Assembly (NCBI GenBank): GCA_015064125.1
Contig: SVSV01000001.1
Coordinates: forward strand, 3,357-67,356
Origin: Oscillospiraceae bacterium
Lineage (GTDB): Bacteria > Bacillota > Clostridia > Oscillospirales > CAG-272
Reading direction: 5' to 3'
DNA length: 64,000 bases
Both the position numbers and the translations under genes were made by a program. The notes below the pieces were generated by a model. The model was not told the DNA's origin, ran no database searches, and worked only from the letters and a program-made list of their open reading frames with translations. This document shows positions 7,931-15,812 of this stretch, in pieces; position 1 is the first letter of the stretch; each line of letters begins with the position of its first letter.

Positions 7931-8619
7931 GTTTCCTTCTCCTCATAAGCGGCCAGCTCTCTTTGACGAAGCTCATAGCAAAGCGTCATCAGCGAATCGC
8001 CGATGTGTACGTTTTCAATCACAGCACCCGAGGCAAAAGCCTCAGGCTCGCTGCCCGTAAAATTCCAGATACCCGGGATACCAATGGCGGACAAGCGCTC
8101 CGCCACGTCCGCTACGTAGGCTTTAGGCAGAGTCAGCACAGCGATATCGACCGTGTGCCGCTCACAAAAGCGCTCCAGCTCGATCATATCGTGCACACGC
8201 GCGTCGCCCACGACCTTACCGATCACAGCCTGATCGACGTCAAAGAGCGCCAAAATATCCACGCCACGTTTTTCAAACATCGGACTGCGCACCAGTGCCT
8301 TACCGAGATTGCCTGCGCCGATCACAATGGCATGAAAGCCCTCGCCAACACCTAAGATCTCACAGATCTTTGCATATAAATAATTTACGTTATAGCCATA
8401 TCCCTGCTGTCCGAAGCCGCCAAAGCAATTCAGATCCTGTCTGATCTGCGAGGCAGTCACGTGCATCATTTCCGAAAGCTCGCCCGAGCTGATGCGCAGC
8501 TTTCCGTTGCGGATCAATTCACGCAAATATCTGAAATATCGGGGCAATCTTTTGATCACCGCAGGGCTGACCTCACCGGCAGCAGAAGCTGGCATCTGAC
8601 GCTTGTTTTCCTGTTTCAT
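7927..8619 (-). CDS. rex: redox-sensing transcriptional repressor Rex
   Basis: AVIKRLPRYFRYL, ISSGELSEMMHVTASQIRQDLNCFGGFGQQGYGYNV, and a Rossmann GAGNLG motif. RBS is GAGG, 7 nt upstream. Confidence 0.9.
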   Translation of the reverse strand: MKQENKRQMPASAAGEVSPAVIKRLPRYFRYLRELIRNGKLRISSGELSEMMHVTASQIRQDLNCFGGFGQQGYGYNVNYLYAKICEILGVGEGFHAIVIGAGNLGKALVRSPMFEKRGVDILALFDVDQAVIGKVVGDARVHDMIELERFCERHTVDIAVLTLPKAYVADVAERLSAIGIPGIWNFTGSEPEAFASGAVIENVHIGDSLMTLCYELRQRELAAYEEKET

Positions 8620-8712
8620 TATTAAACCTCACATCCGATTTTGGTAATTTGCACAATGAGCTTTATCTCCTCAAAAACTGCTTGTCAAGCGGTGTTTTTG
8701 GGATTTTTCCAG

Positions 8713-8889
8713 TTTTCCACAAGTAAAGGTTATCCACATTTCCCACATACTTTTCCACAGGAAATGACGGATTTTCACGCAAAATAAGAGTTTTGGCAGG
8801 TATAATTTCTCATTTTTTCCTGTATTTGCTTGCATATTTCGCATTGAACCCCGATTTTCCACAGCCTTGTGGAAAACCCCTGTGGAAAA
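8713..8889. promoter_or_regulatory. DnaA-box cluster (7 boxes with at most 2 mismatches to TTATCCACA)
   Basis: Boxes are: TTTTCCACA 8713-8721; TTATCCACA 8730-8738 (perfect); TTTCCCACA 8739-8747; TTTTCCACA 8751-8759; TTTTCCACA 8855-8863; TGTGGAAAA 8868-8876 (reverse); and TGTGGAAAA 8881-8889 (reverse). A TTGACA -35-like hexamer for rex (8688-8683, minus) lies about 25 nt from box 1. Confidence 0.7.
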
Positions 8890-8973
8890 TTTATTTTCCC
8901 GTTTGGCTGCGACACGTTTGGATAAAACGACGAATTTGCTTTTTTTTAGCAAAAAGCACTTGACAATTTTTTC

Positions 8974-9990
8974 TCACAGCGCGGGCAGGTCCTGCGCCGA
9001 GGCATTGAGTGCAGGCGTGGCGAAATTGCCGTTTTGATACTCAAAAAATCCGGCCGCCGCGACCATGGCACCGTTGTCACCGCACAACGAAAGAGGCGGC
9101 ACTGCAAACGTGACGCCAAGGCGCTTACACAGCGCACCAAGACGCGCGCGCAAATGTGAATTGGCGGCAACGCCGCCTGCCATCACCAGCGTTTTCCTAC
9201 CCGTTTTTAAAAGCGCCGCCTCCACCTTTTTGGCAATGCCGCCGACGACCGCCTCGGTAAACGAGGCCGCGAGATCCGCACGCGGAACAGGTATATTTTG
9301 TTGATTACAGTGATTGATATAATTTAAAGCCGCAGTTTTAAGACCGCTGAAGGAAAGATCCAGCGTGTCAGCACCAAGAGCCGGCGAAGGCAGCTTGATG
9401 GCGTGTTTATCACCCGTTGCGGCCAGACGGTCAAGCGCAGCGCCGCCGGGATACGGCAAGCCGATCACACGGCCGATCTTATCAAAGGCCTCTCCCGCCG
9501 CATCGTCACGCGTAGCACCGATCTCACGAAAATCAGTAGGAGCGGTCACGTCAAATAGCGAGGTGTGCCCCCCCGATACCACCAACGCCAAAAAAGGGGC
9601 CTCGGGAGCATCCTCTCTCAAATAAACAGCCGCCACGTGGGCCTTGATATGATTAACAGCAACCAACGGTATGCTGTTGGCATACGCAAGCGATTTGGCA
9701 AAATTTACGCCAACCAGAAGTGCCCCGATAAGACCGGGGAAGGCTGTAACAGCCACAGCGCTCACCTCGGGCAGCGTAATCCCCGCCTGCGAGAGCGCCT
9801 CAGTCGTCACACCCGTGATCGCCTCAATATGCGCACGGCTGGCAATTTCGGGCACGACACCGCCGTAAAGCCTGTGCGTTTCGATCTGCGAGGCCACAAT
9901 ATTCGATACGATCTCCAAGCGACCGTTCTCGGCACACACAACGGCAGCAGAGGTCTCATCGCAGGAGCTTTCCATTCCGAGAATATACAT
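8974..9990 (-). CDS. tsaD: tRNA N6-adenosine threonylcarbamoyltransferase TsaD (Gcp/Kae1)
   Basis: MYILGMESSCDETSAAVV, VSGGHTS, and GVAANSHLR. RBS is AGGTGG. Confidence 0.95.
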   Translation of the reverse strand: MYILGMESSCDETSAAVVCAENGRLEIVSNIVASQIETHRLYGGVVPEIASRAHIEAITGVTTEALSQAGITLPEVSAVAVTAFPGLIGALLVGVNFAKSLAYANSIPLVAVNHIKAHVAAVYLREDAPEAPFLALVVSGGHTSLFDVTAPTDFREIGATRDDAAGEAFDKIGRVIGLPYPGGAALDRLAATGDKHAIKLPSPALGADTLDLSFSGLKTAALNYINHCNQQNIPVPRADLAASFTEAVVGGIAKKVEAALLKTGRKTLVMAGGVAANSHLRARLGALCKRLGVTFAVPPLSLCGDNGAMVAAAGFFEYQNGNFATPALNASAQDLPAL

Positions 9991-10005
9991 GAAAATCCAC
10001 CTATG

Positions 10006-10443
10006 TTATAAATTACAAAGCATCACAAGCGCTCCCTCGGTCGGGTGCGTATAAAAGCGCGGCCGCTTGCCGGCCACGAAAAAGCCGTGCTTCTCGTAAA
10101 GCGCAATAGCAGCGGTATTGCTCTCGCGCACCTCAAGAGATAACGTCACAAGCCCTCTTGCTCGGGCCTGATCTGCAAGCGCTGAAAGAAGCGCATCAGA
10201 AAGACCGCGGCGACGCCACGCAGGGTGGGTCGCTAGGTTGATGATCTGCCCCTCGTCGAGCGCCAAAAGGACCCCCACGTAGGCAAGCACCTCCCCTGTT
10301 TCTTCATGAACACAGGCAAGGCCAAAGGCCTTGTCCGTAAGTAAAAGCGACAGCGCCTCACTACTCCAGGGGTCAGCGAAGCACAGGGCCTCGATCTTTG
10401 CCAGCGCAGGCAGGTGCACGGCACAAACACGCTCAATTCTCAT
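10006..10443 (-). CDS. rimI: ribosomal-protein-alanine N-acetyltransferase RimI (GNAT)
   Basis: GNAT motif HPAWRRRGLSDALL in the classic position upstream of tsaD. The start is ambiguous (10452 or 10443). Confidence 0.8.
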   Translation of the reverse strand: MRIERVCAVHLPALAKIEALCFADPWSSEALSLLLTDKAFGLACVHEETGEVLAYVGVLLALDEGQIINLATHPAWRRRGLSDALLSALADQARARGLVTLSLEVRESNTAAIALYEKHGFFVAGKRPRFYTHPTEGALVMLCNL

Positions 10444-10981
10444 TGCGATCACCTGTCACGAAATGCAGATCAATGGCATCACAAAGCATGTGCAAGCATG
10501 CGCGGTAACGTGCAGCATCACCGCCGTAAGGGTCGGGAATATCCACACCAAGCGTGGTGATCTTAGCCGCATACTGCGGAAAACGCATCATCAGCTCCAT
10601 TGCGTGCGCCCCCGTAATGGCAACCACCTCATCAGCCTTTGCCATCAGCTCCTCGCTGACAGGACGCGCGCGGTGCGCGGTATAATCGTTATATGGCGTC
10701 GCGACCACGCCGGCCTCGGCAAGTGCCGTGACAGCAAGCGCTGTGATCGGTGCACCCACGTCAGGCCAAAGGCCCGCTGATATGGCCGTTATTGGCTTTG
10801 CCCGTGTGCAGCCGTCACCCAGTGCCGCGTCGGTCCCGTACGCACGCATTTTATCGTTTAGCAGCGCCGCTGCCATCGGCGAGCGGCAGGTATTGCCCGT
10901 GCACACAAACAGCACCCTGTGCACACACGGGTCTTCATATTCCGTACGTGCCTCCAGCGGCACGGCAACAGCTTGTGACAA
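10433..10981 (-). CDS. low-molecular-weight protein tyrosine/arginine phosphatase
   Basis: P-loop VLFVCTGNTCRSPMA plus DPYG. I place the start at TTG 10981, preceded by AAGGGAGGG at 6 nt. The longer ORF in the track would overlap the upstream gene. Confidence 0.8.
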   Translation of the reverse strand: MSQAVAVPLEARTEYEDPCVHRVLFVCTGNTCRSPMAAALLNDKMRAYGTDAALGDGCTRAKPITAISAGLWPDVGAPITALAVTALAEAGVVATPYNDYTAHRARPVSEELMAKADEVVAITGAHAMELMMRFPQYAAKITTLGVDIPDPYGGDAARYRACLHMLCDAIDLHFVTGDRNEN

Positions 10982-10995
10982 GGCGATCCCTCCCT

Positions 10996-11649
10996 TTATG
11001 ACTGTGTATTGGTGAAATAAGCAGCAAGTGACGGGGGTACGGCCACCACGCGGCCTGAGACCGGATCGAAGAAATAAGCATCCTCTCCCCACGTGCCAAA
11101 GCTGAAGCAATAATATATGCCGGGCAGCTCAGCGGACACAAGCTTGACACCGCGGAGCAGAGTCGCTGCTGCTTCAGGCTTGACGGTCGCTACGCCCTCA
11201 AACCACAGGGTCAGTGCCTCGTCTATGGCGGCAGCATGTGTGGCAGGCACCAGGCGCAGCACCTCCACGCTGACAGCCCCCTCCTCACAAACCAGCAACG
11301 CTGTCGGTGTCAACGCCGCGGGCACGGGTGCCGCAACGGTAGCGTCGGCATACCACACGCCCATCTCGCTGTCTACGAGATAATCGTCGGGGGAGGCACC
11401 GGGGATCTTATGGTAGGTCACACGGTAATCGACCCTTTTGTCGTAAAACTCACCCACAGCCTCGCCACTGGCAGCGCTTTCAAAGGAAAGCGGCAGGGCG
11501 GTATAGTGCACACCGCTTTCGGTGTTTGTCACACCGTAGCCGTCATTATCCTGCAAAAAAGCGACCAGATCGGGGGCATTCGTGCGGTCCTTATCACACG
11601 CCACCAAAAGCGTCAGCAAGGCAAGCAAAAGCACAAATAAGCGACGCAT
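10996..11649 (-). CDS. hypothetical lipoprotein
   Basis: MRRLFVLLLALLTLLVAC carries a lipobox (LVAC). No recognisable domain follows. Confidence 0.6.
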   Translation of the reverse strand: MRRLFVLLLALLTLLVACDKDRTNAPDLVAFLQDNDGYGVTNTESGVHYTALPLSFESAASGEAVGEFYDKRVDYRVTYHKIPGASPDDYLVDSEMGVWYADATVAAPVPAALTPTALLVCEEGAVSVEVLRLVPATHAAAIDEALTLWFEGVATVKPEAAATLLRGVKLVSAELPGIYYCFSFGTWGEDAYFFDPVSGRVVAVPPSLAAYFTNTQS

Positions 11650-11650
11650 A

Positions 11651-12139
11651 TCAGTACCCGAATTTGCCGGAAAGCGAATCGTCATCCTCGATCCAATCCG
11701 CCACGCGGATCACGCGATAATCGGTTGCCGTATCGCGCACCACAACGGTTTCAATACCCGCATTTAAGATCACGCGCTTGCACATCATGCAGGAATTGCA
11801 CCCAGCAAACAGCGACCCATCATCGGGTGAAACGCACGCCATATACAGGGTGGCGCCCAGCATTTGCTCACGGGGGGCGGCGATAATGGCATTCTGTTCA
11901 GCATGTACCGAGCGGCACAGCTCGTAACGCTCACCGCGCGGAATACCCAGCTGCTCACGCTGACAAAAGCCAAGATCACTGCAATTTTTCCTACCGCGCG
12001 GGGCACCGTTGTAGCCCGTGGAAACGATCACGTCATTTTTGACGATGATCGCACCGAATTTGCGGCGCAGACATGTGGCGCGCTCTGCCACAGTTTGTGC
12101 AATGTCAAGATAGTAATTTTCTTTAGATACACGTTGCAT
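11651..12139 (-). CDS. dCMP deaminase (ComEB-type cytidine/deoxycytidylate deaminase)
   Basis: Zn motifs HAEQNAI and CNSCMMCKRVILNAGI. Start is ATG 12139 with AGGAG 7 nt upstream. Confidence 0.85.
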   Translation of the reverse strand: MQRVSKENYYLDIAQTVAERATCLRRKFGAIIVKNDVIVSTGYNGAPRGRKNCSDLGFCQREQLGIPRGERYELCRSVHAEQNAIIAAPREQMLGATLYMACVSPDDGSLFAGCNSCMMCKRVILNAGIETVVVRDTATDYRVIRVADWIEDDDSLSGKFGY

Positions 12140-12246
12140 CGTTTTTCTCCTATCTTTAAACTGAAAATAATTATTCATAGTATAGTATAACATAAAAAAA
12201 GCACGAAATCAAGAACCGCACGCAGTTTTATCGCTCTTTTTTCCAC

Positions 12247-12281
12247 AAAGGAAAAGCCCCCGTCCTGTGAACGGGAGCTCC
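12247..12281 (-). terminator. terminator after the HD-domain gene
   Basis: On the minus strand, GAGCTCCCGT-tcacagg-ACGGGGGCTT (10 bp including 2 G-U pairs) is followed by a TTCCTTTG U-rich tail. Confidence 0.55.
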
Positions 12282-12285
12282 CTGT

Positions 12286-12777
12286 TTATTTTTTTGCTTT
12301 CTTTTCTTTCTTATCGCGGTATTTTTTCATTGTTTCCTCGGTTGCCACGCGCTTATCTGCGATCGTTACGTACCACGCCTCACGGCAACGCGGCACACAC
12401 CAAAAGGTAAGCGGGAACATGTGTGTGTAAATGATCTGCTCTTCCTTTTTTGTCAGGGAAAAATCCCTTCGTGCATTCAAAAGAGCAAAGCGGTGGTGCT
12501 TAAAGCCGTGCCAACGAAAGCCCTTATTGGGATCATGCCAATCGTAAAGATAATAGTCGTGCAGCAGGGCGCCGCGCACCAGGGCACGCAGGTCGCATTT
12601 CGTCCTTTTTCTTTTGGCAGCCATCGTAAAGGCAAGACGTGCCACCTTTAAGCAATGCTGATAAACGGTAATATCGGAATGCGAGATGTAGCGCTTCATT
12701 TCCTGGTAGCGTGCGGTATGGATCACCTCGCGGCACACCTCGTCAAACAGCGTATAATCTATTTGCTTATTTGCCAT
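12286..12777 (-). CDS. HD-domain phosphohydrolase
   Basis: H...HD signature (VYQHCLKVA, GALLHDYYLYDW, HMFPL). ATG 12777 overlaps the upstream stop codon by 11 nt. Confidence 0.7.
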   Translation of the reverse strand: MANKQIDYTLFDEVCREVIHTARYQEMKRYISHSDITVYQHCLKVARLAFTMAAKRKRTKCDLRALVRGALLHDYYLYDWHDPNKGFRWHGFKHHRFALLNARRDFSLTKKEEQIIYTHMFPLTFWCVPRCREAWYVTIADKRVATEETMKKYRDKKEKKAKK

Positions 12778-13492
12778 TTTTCTCACCCCATTTGCGGCTG
12801 ATCTGGTCACGGTAGCCATGCATATCCGCCATATAATTACTGATCATACGGTAGAAATTGAAGGGACGGCGCTTACCCGATTCCAGTGCAAAATGCTCCT
12901 TGGCGCTGGCCTTGAGCTGGTCAAGGTTAATGCTGGTACGCATTTGAGAGGCATAGTGGCGCAGGCGCTGCATGATACGCAGTGAATGGGAAAGGTCGAC
13001 GGCAAAAATACCAAGATACATGCCCACAGCAAGGATCAGCCACGGCAATTCGATCACGCGCACAGCCACACCGTGCAGATAAGGATAGATCAAAAAATAG
13101 TACAGCGCGCATACCGCCCCCCAGATCAAGGAGAATTTAGGACAGATCACACCCTGAAAATTACCCCACTCCTCCGAATAATCCCACAGACGTACACGGA
13201 AATATTTCACCGCGATCAGGCCGCCCAGCAGCTCGATCAGCGTCATCACGCCCATTGCCATCAGCAGGATCACAGCCACGCGGATATATTCATTGGGCAG
13301 ACTGCGCAGCTTCAGATCTGACAAAAAGTACAAAACGCCACCGCCAATACCGTAGATCGGCAGACAGCACCCCGTCAAAAATCCGGGATTTACCACCTTG
13401 TGGTGACGGAAGGCGCGGTATACCACCTCAAGCAGCCAGCCCGCCGTTGCGCAGGTGCAAAACAGAAACAAATATTCAAGCCACGCCTCCAT
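12767..13492 (-). CDS. polytopic membrane protein, putative ABC-transporter type IV (CmpB/DUF1113-like)
   Basis: AGWLLEVVYRAF...NPGFLTGCCLPIYGIGG resembles the family signature as I remember it. It has about 6 hydrophobic helices. Confidence 0.6.
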   Translation of the reverse strand: MEAWLEYLFLFCTCATAGWLLEVVYRAFRHHKVVNPGFLTGCCLPIYGIGGGVLYFLSDLKLRSLPNEYIRVAVILLMAMGVMTLIELLGGLIAVKYFRVRLWDYSEEWGNFQGVICPKFSLIWGAVCALYYFLIYPYLHGVAVRVIELPWLILAVGMYLGIFAVDLSHSLRIMQRLRHYASQMRTSINLDQLKASAKEHFALESGKRRPFNFYRMISNYMADMHGYRDQISRKWGEKNGK

Positions 13493-13512
13493 CAGCGGAC
13501 CTCCTTTGAAAA

Positions 13513-14670
13513 TCAGTTGCCTTTTTTCTGACGGCTACGATATCTGAACACGACCAGCAGCACCACACCGCCTGCGACGGCAACCAGTGCCACCGCGCTC
13601 CACATTAAGAGCAGATTGCCGCCATCGGGGTCGATTTCCGGCAGGGCGGTAAGATCAAGGCGCGCGCCAAATTTTGTCTTGGTCAGCGTCATAGCGGAAA
13701 GCTTGGCATCGACCTTTTGGTTGAGCGTCACAAAATAAGACTTGCCCTTCAGCATCTCAAAATTGGTCGTGATGTAATCGTCGTCCTTGGGCAATCGCAT
13801 GATGATAAAGAACCCGTCCTCGGTCTCCACCACGTCGCTGACACCGTACTCATCAAGCGCAAAGGCCGCATCCTCATAAGCCTTATCCATTTCACCGTAC
13901 GTAAAATAATAGCCCTTTCCGAGCGGATCGCTGAAATCGTGATTGTATTTGCCGCCGATCGCATCGTTCATCGCTTCAAAGCGTGCGGCATCGGTGGTTG
14001 CTGCGGCCACGCTCGCCTGCACCTCGGCGGCGTGTGCACGATGCTGCGCCTCGGTATATGCGGCATTGTTTTTATCAATAAACACGTGCACGGTACGCAC
14101 AAAGCTCTCGCCACGCAGAGTGGCAAGCACCTCGGCATCACTTGACTGCACCTCACCGCGATACAGCATCTCAAGCACGATGGCATTGGCCAGCTCCTCC
14201 TCTACAGCAAAAAAGCGGCGCAGATAGTGATCGGTCATATACTGTGAGGCAAGTGCCTCAACATACGCCTTGCGATCGCCGTTGAAATTGTTTTCCAGCA
14301 TATCCTCGATTTCTTGCTGTACACTTGCTGCAATATCCCCCTCAAACACGTCAAGACCGTACTCATAGCCAAGAGAGATCAGCGCAGTCTCACGGCAAAC
14401 GAAGCTCTCCCAGACAAACGCGTCAAGCTCAGCGCGTACCGCTTCGTCCTGCAAAGCATTCTCGCCGTGCTTTTCTTTTAATTCAGCAATATAATTCATT
14501 GCCATAAAATATAGCTCTTCATATAAAATTTCAACGTCACCGACCGTTGCCACCACACGGGAGGCTCGCAAAGAGGCATATACAGTACCCTTTGCCGCGC
14601 AGGATACAAGCGAGAGCGTCAGAAGGCAGATCACCAGCACCAGCGTCAGTATACGGAATAATTTTTTCAT
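13513..14670 (-). CDS. PrsA/SurA-like peptidyl-prolyl isomerase lipoprotein with an extra C-terminal TM anchor
   Basis: MKKLFRILTLVLVICLLTLSLVSC has a lipobox. A parvulin-like region is present (VHVFIDK...YFTYGEMDKAYEDAAFAL..DGFFIIMRL). The C-terminal hydrophobic helix is followed by RYRSRQKK. RBS is AAGGAG. Confidence 0.7.
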   Translation of the reverse strand: MKKLFRILTLVLVICLLTLSLVSCAAKGTVYASLRASRVVATVGDVEILYEELYFMAMNYIAELKEKHGENALQDEAVRAELDAFVWESFVCRETALISLGYEYGLDVFEGDIAASVQQEIEDMLENNFNGDRKAYVEALASQYMTDHYLRRFFAVEEELANAIVLEMLYRGEVQSSDAEVLATLRGESFVRTVHVFIDKNNAAYTEAQHRAHAAEVQASVAAATTDAARFEAMNDAIGGKYNHDFSDPLGKGYYFTYGEMDKAYEDAAFALDEYGVSDVVETEDGFFIIMRLPKDDDYITTNFEMLKGKSYFVTLNQKVDAKLSAMTLTKTKFGARLDLTALPEIDPDGGNLLLMWSAVALVAVAGGVVLLVVFRYRSRQKKGN

Positions 14671-14789
14671 CTTTTTCTCCTTTTGGCCAAGCCACACTCT
14701 TTCATGCTATATTATAATTTATACTTGTGAAGAAATTGTGAATTATAAGAAAGGTTTATAAGAGCATTTATAAAAAATTGCAATCCTAT

Positions 14790-14817
14790 TTGCAAAGTTA
14801 AAAAAATGTGGTATAAT
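14790..14817 (+). promoter_or_regulatory. promoter of the hprK operon
   Basis: TTGCAA (14790-14795), a 16-nt spacer, then TGgTATAAT (-10 at 14812-14817). Confidence 0.6.
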
Positions 14818-14849
14818 GATATGAACAGCTTTCGTAAAGGAGTGCACGT

Positions 14850-15788
14850 ATGCAGGAAATTTACAGTATTTCGCTTGCCAAGCTGATGGGCGAGCTTTCA
14901 CTCGTTCCCCTCTATTTACCTGACGATGCCAATAATCTTATCATATCAAACACCCAGGTCGATCGCCCGGGCCTGGCGCTTGCAGGCTTTCTTGACGAAT
15001 TCGAGGAAACGCGTATCCAGATCGTGGGCGTTGCCGAATATCGCTATTTAAGCAAATGCGACGAGGCCACGCGCAACGCCAAGATCGAGGCCTTCTTCGC
15101 CAAAAAGCCCGTCGCCGTGGTCTTTACCTCCACTGACGAGCAGGAGCCCTTTGCCCCTATGACCGAGGCCGCTATCCGTCACGCGGTACCCTTCCTTGCG
15201 ACCAAGGAAAAAACCAGCCCCTTTATGGCGGCACTGATCGCGTATCTGAACGTACAGCTCGCCCCCCGCATCACGCGTCACGGCGTTCTGGTCGAGGTCT
15301 ACGGTGAGGGCCTTTTGCTGCTGGGCGATTCGGGCGTCGGTAAGAGTGAAACGGCCATTGAGCTTGTCAAGCGCGGCCACCGTCTGATCGCTGACGACGC
15401 CGTGGAGATCAAGCGCGTATCTGCCAAAACGCTGGTGGGCACCGCTCCCCCCATTATCCGCCACTACGTAGAATTGCGCGGCATCGGCATCATCGACGTA
15501 CGCCGCATTTTCGGTATGGGTGCCGTGAAGGACTCGCAGGGCATCGACCTCGTCATCAATCTTGAGCCGTGGATCCAAGGCAAGATGTACGACCGTCTTG
15601 GCCTTGACAAGCAGACCATGAACATACTTGGCAATGAGGTACCCAGCATCACCATTCCCGTAAAGCCCGGCCGAAACCTTGCCATTATTCTTGAGATTGC
15701 CGCCATGAACAATCGCCAGAAGAAAATGGGCTATGACACGGCTGAGGAATTTAACCGCAAGCTGCTGGGGCAAATGGGCCTTGAATAA
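14850..15788 (+). CDS. hprK: HPr kinase/phosphorylase
   Basis: Walker A GDSGVGKSE, the signature LIADDAVEI, and ELRGIGIIDV. Confidence 0.95.
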   Translation: MQEIYSISLAKLMGELSLVPLYLPDDANNLIISNTQVDRPGLALAGFLDEFEETRIQIVGVAEYRYLSKCDEATRNAKIEAFFAKKPVAVVFTSTDEQEPFAPMTEAAIRHAVPFLATKEKTSPFMAALIAYLNVQLAPRITRHGVLVEVYGEGLLLLGDSGVGKSETAIELVKRGHRLIADDAVEIKRVSAKTLVGTAPPIIRHYVELRGIGIIDVRRIFGMGAVKDSQGIDLVINLEPWIQGKMYDRLGLDKQTMNILGNEVPSITIPVKPGRNLAIILEIAAMNNRQKKMGYDTAEEFNRKLLGQMGLE

Positions 15789-15812
15789 CAAACCAACGGA
15801 GGGTTTAAGCAA

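Noticed and set aside
8640-8662. A possible Rex operator, TTGTGCAAATTACCAA, between the putative rex promoter and the RBS.
   Set aside because: The half-sites resemble TTGTTAA/TTAACAA, but the spacing is 2 nt instead of 4 and several positions mismatch. This is too weak to call by eye.
8801-8806. A plus-strand TATAAT in the middle of the DnaA-box region, read as a promoter.
   Set aside because: No acceptable -35 lies at 16-18 nt. Transcription would run antisense into the 3' end of tsaD with no ORF to serve. It is probably fortuitous in AT-rich spacer.
8620-8973. Interpreting the DnaA-box region as the chromosomal origin, oriC.
   Set aside because: No dnaA or dnaN is adjacent. I see no clear AT-rich unwinding element or DnaA-trio next to the boxes, and no obvious switch of gene orientation around the site. 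A non-origin DnaA-box cluster or promoter element is the more conservative reading. This cannot be excluded without whole-genome GC skew.
10982-11110. The N-terminal extension of the phosphatase ORF (the track start is at 11110).
   Set aside because: The extension overlaps the upstream lipoprotein gene by more than 100 nt and has no RBS. TTG 10981 with AAGGGAGGG upstream gives a normal LMW-PTP N-terminus.
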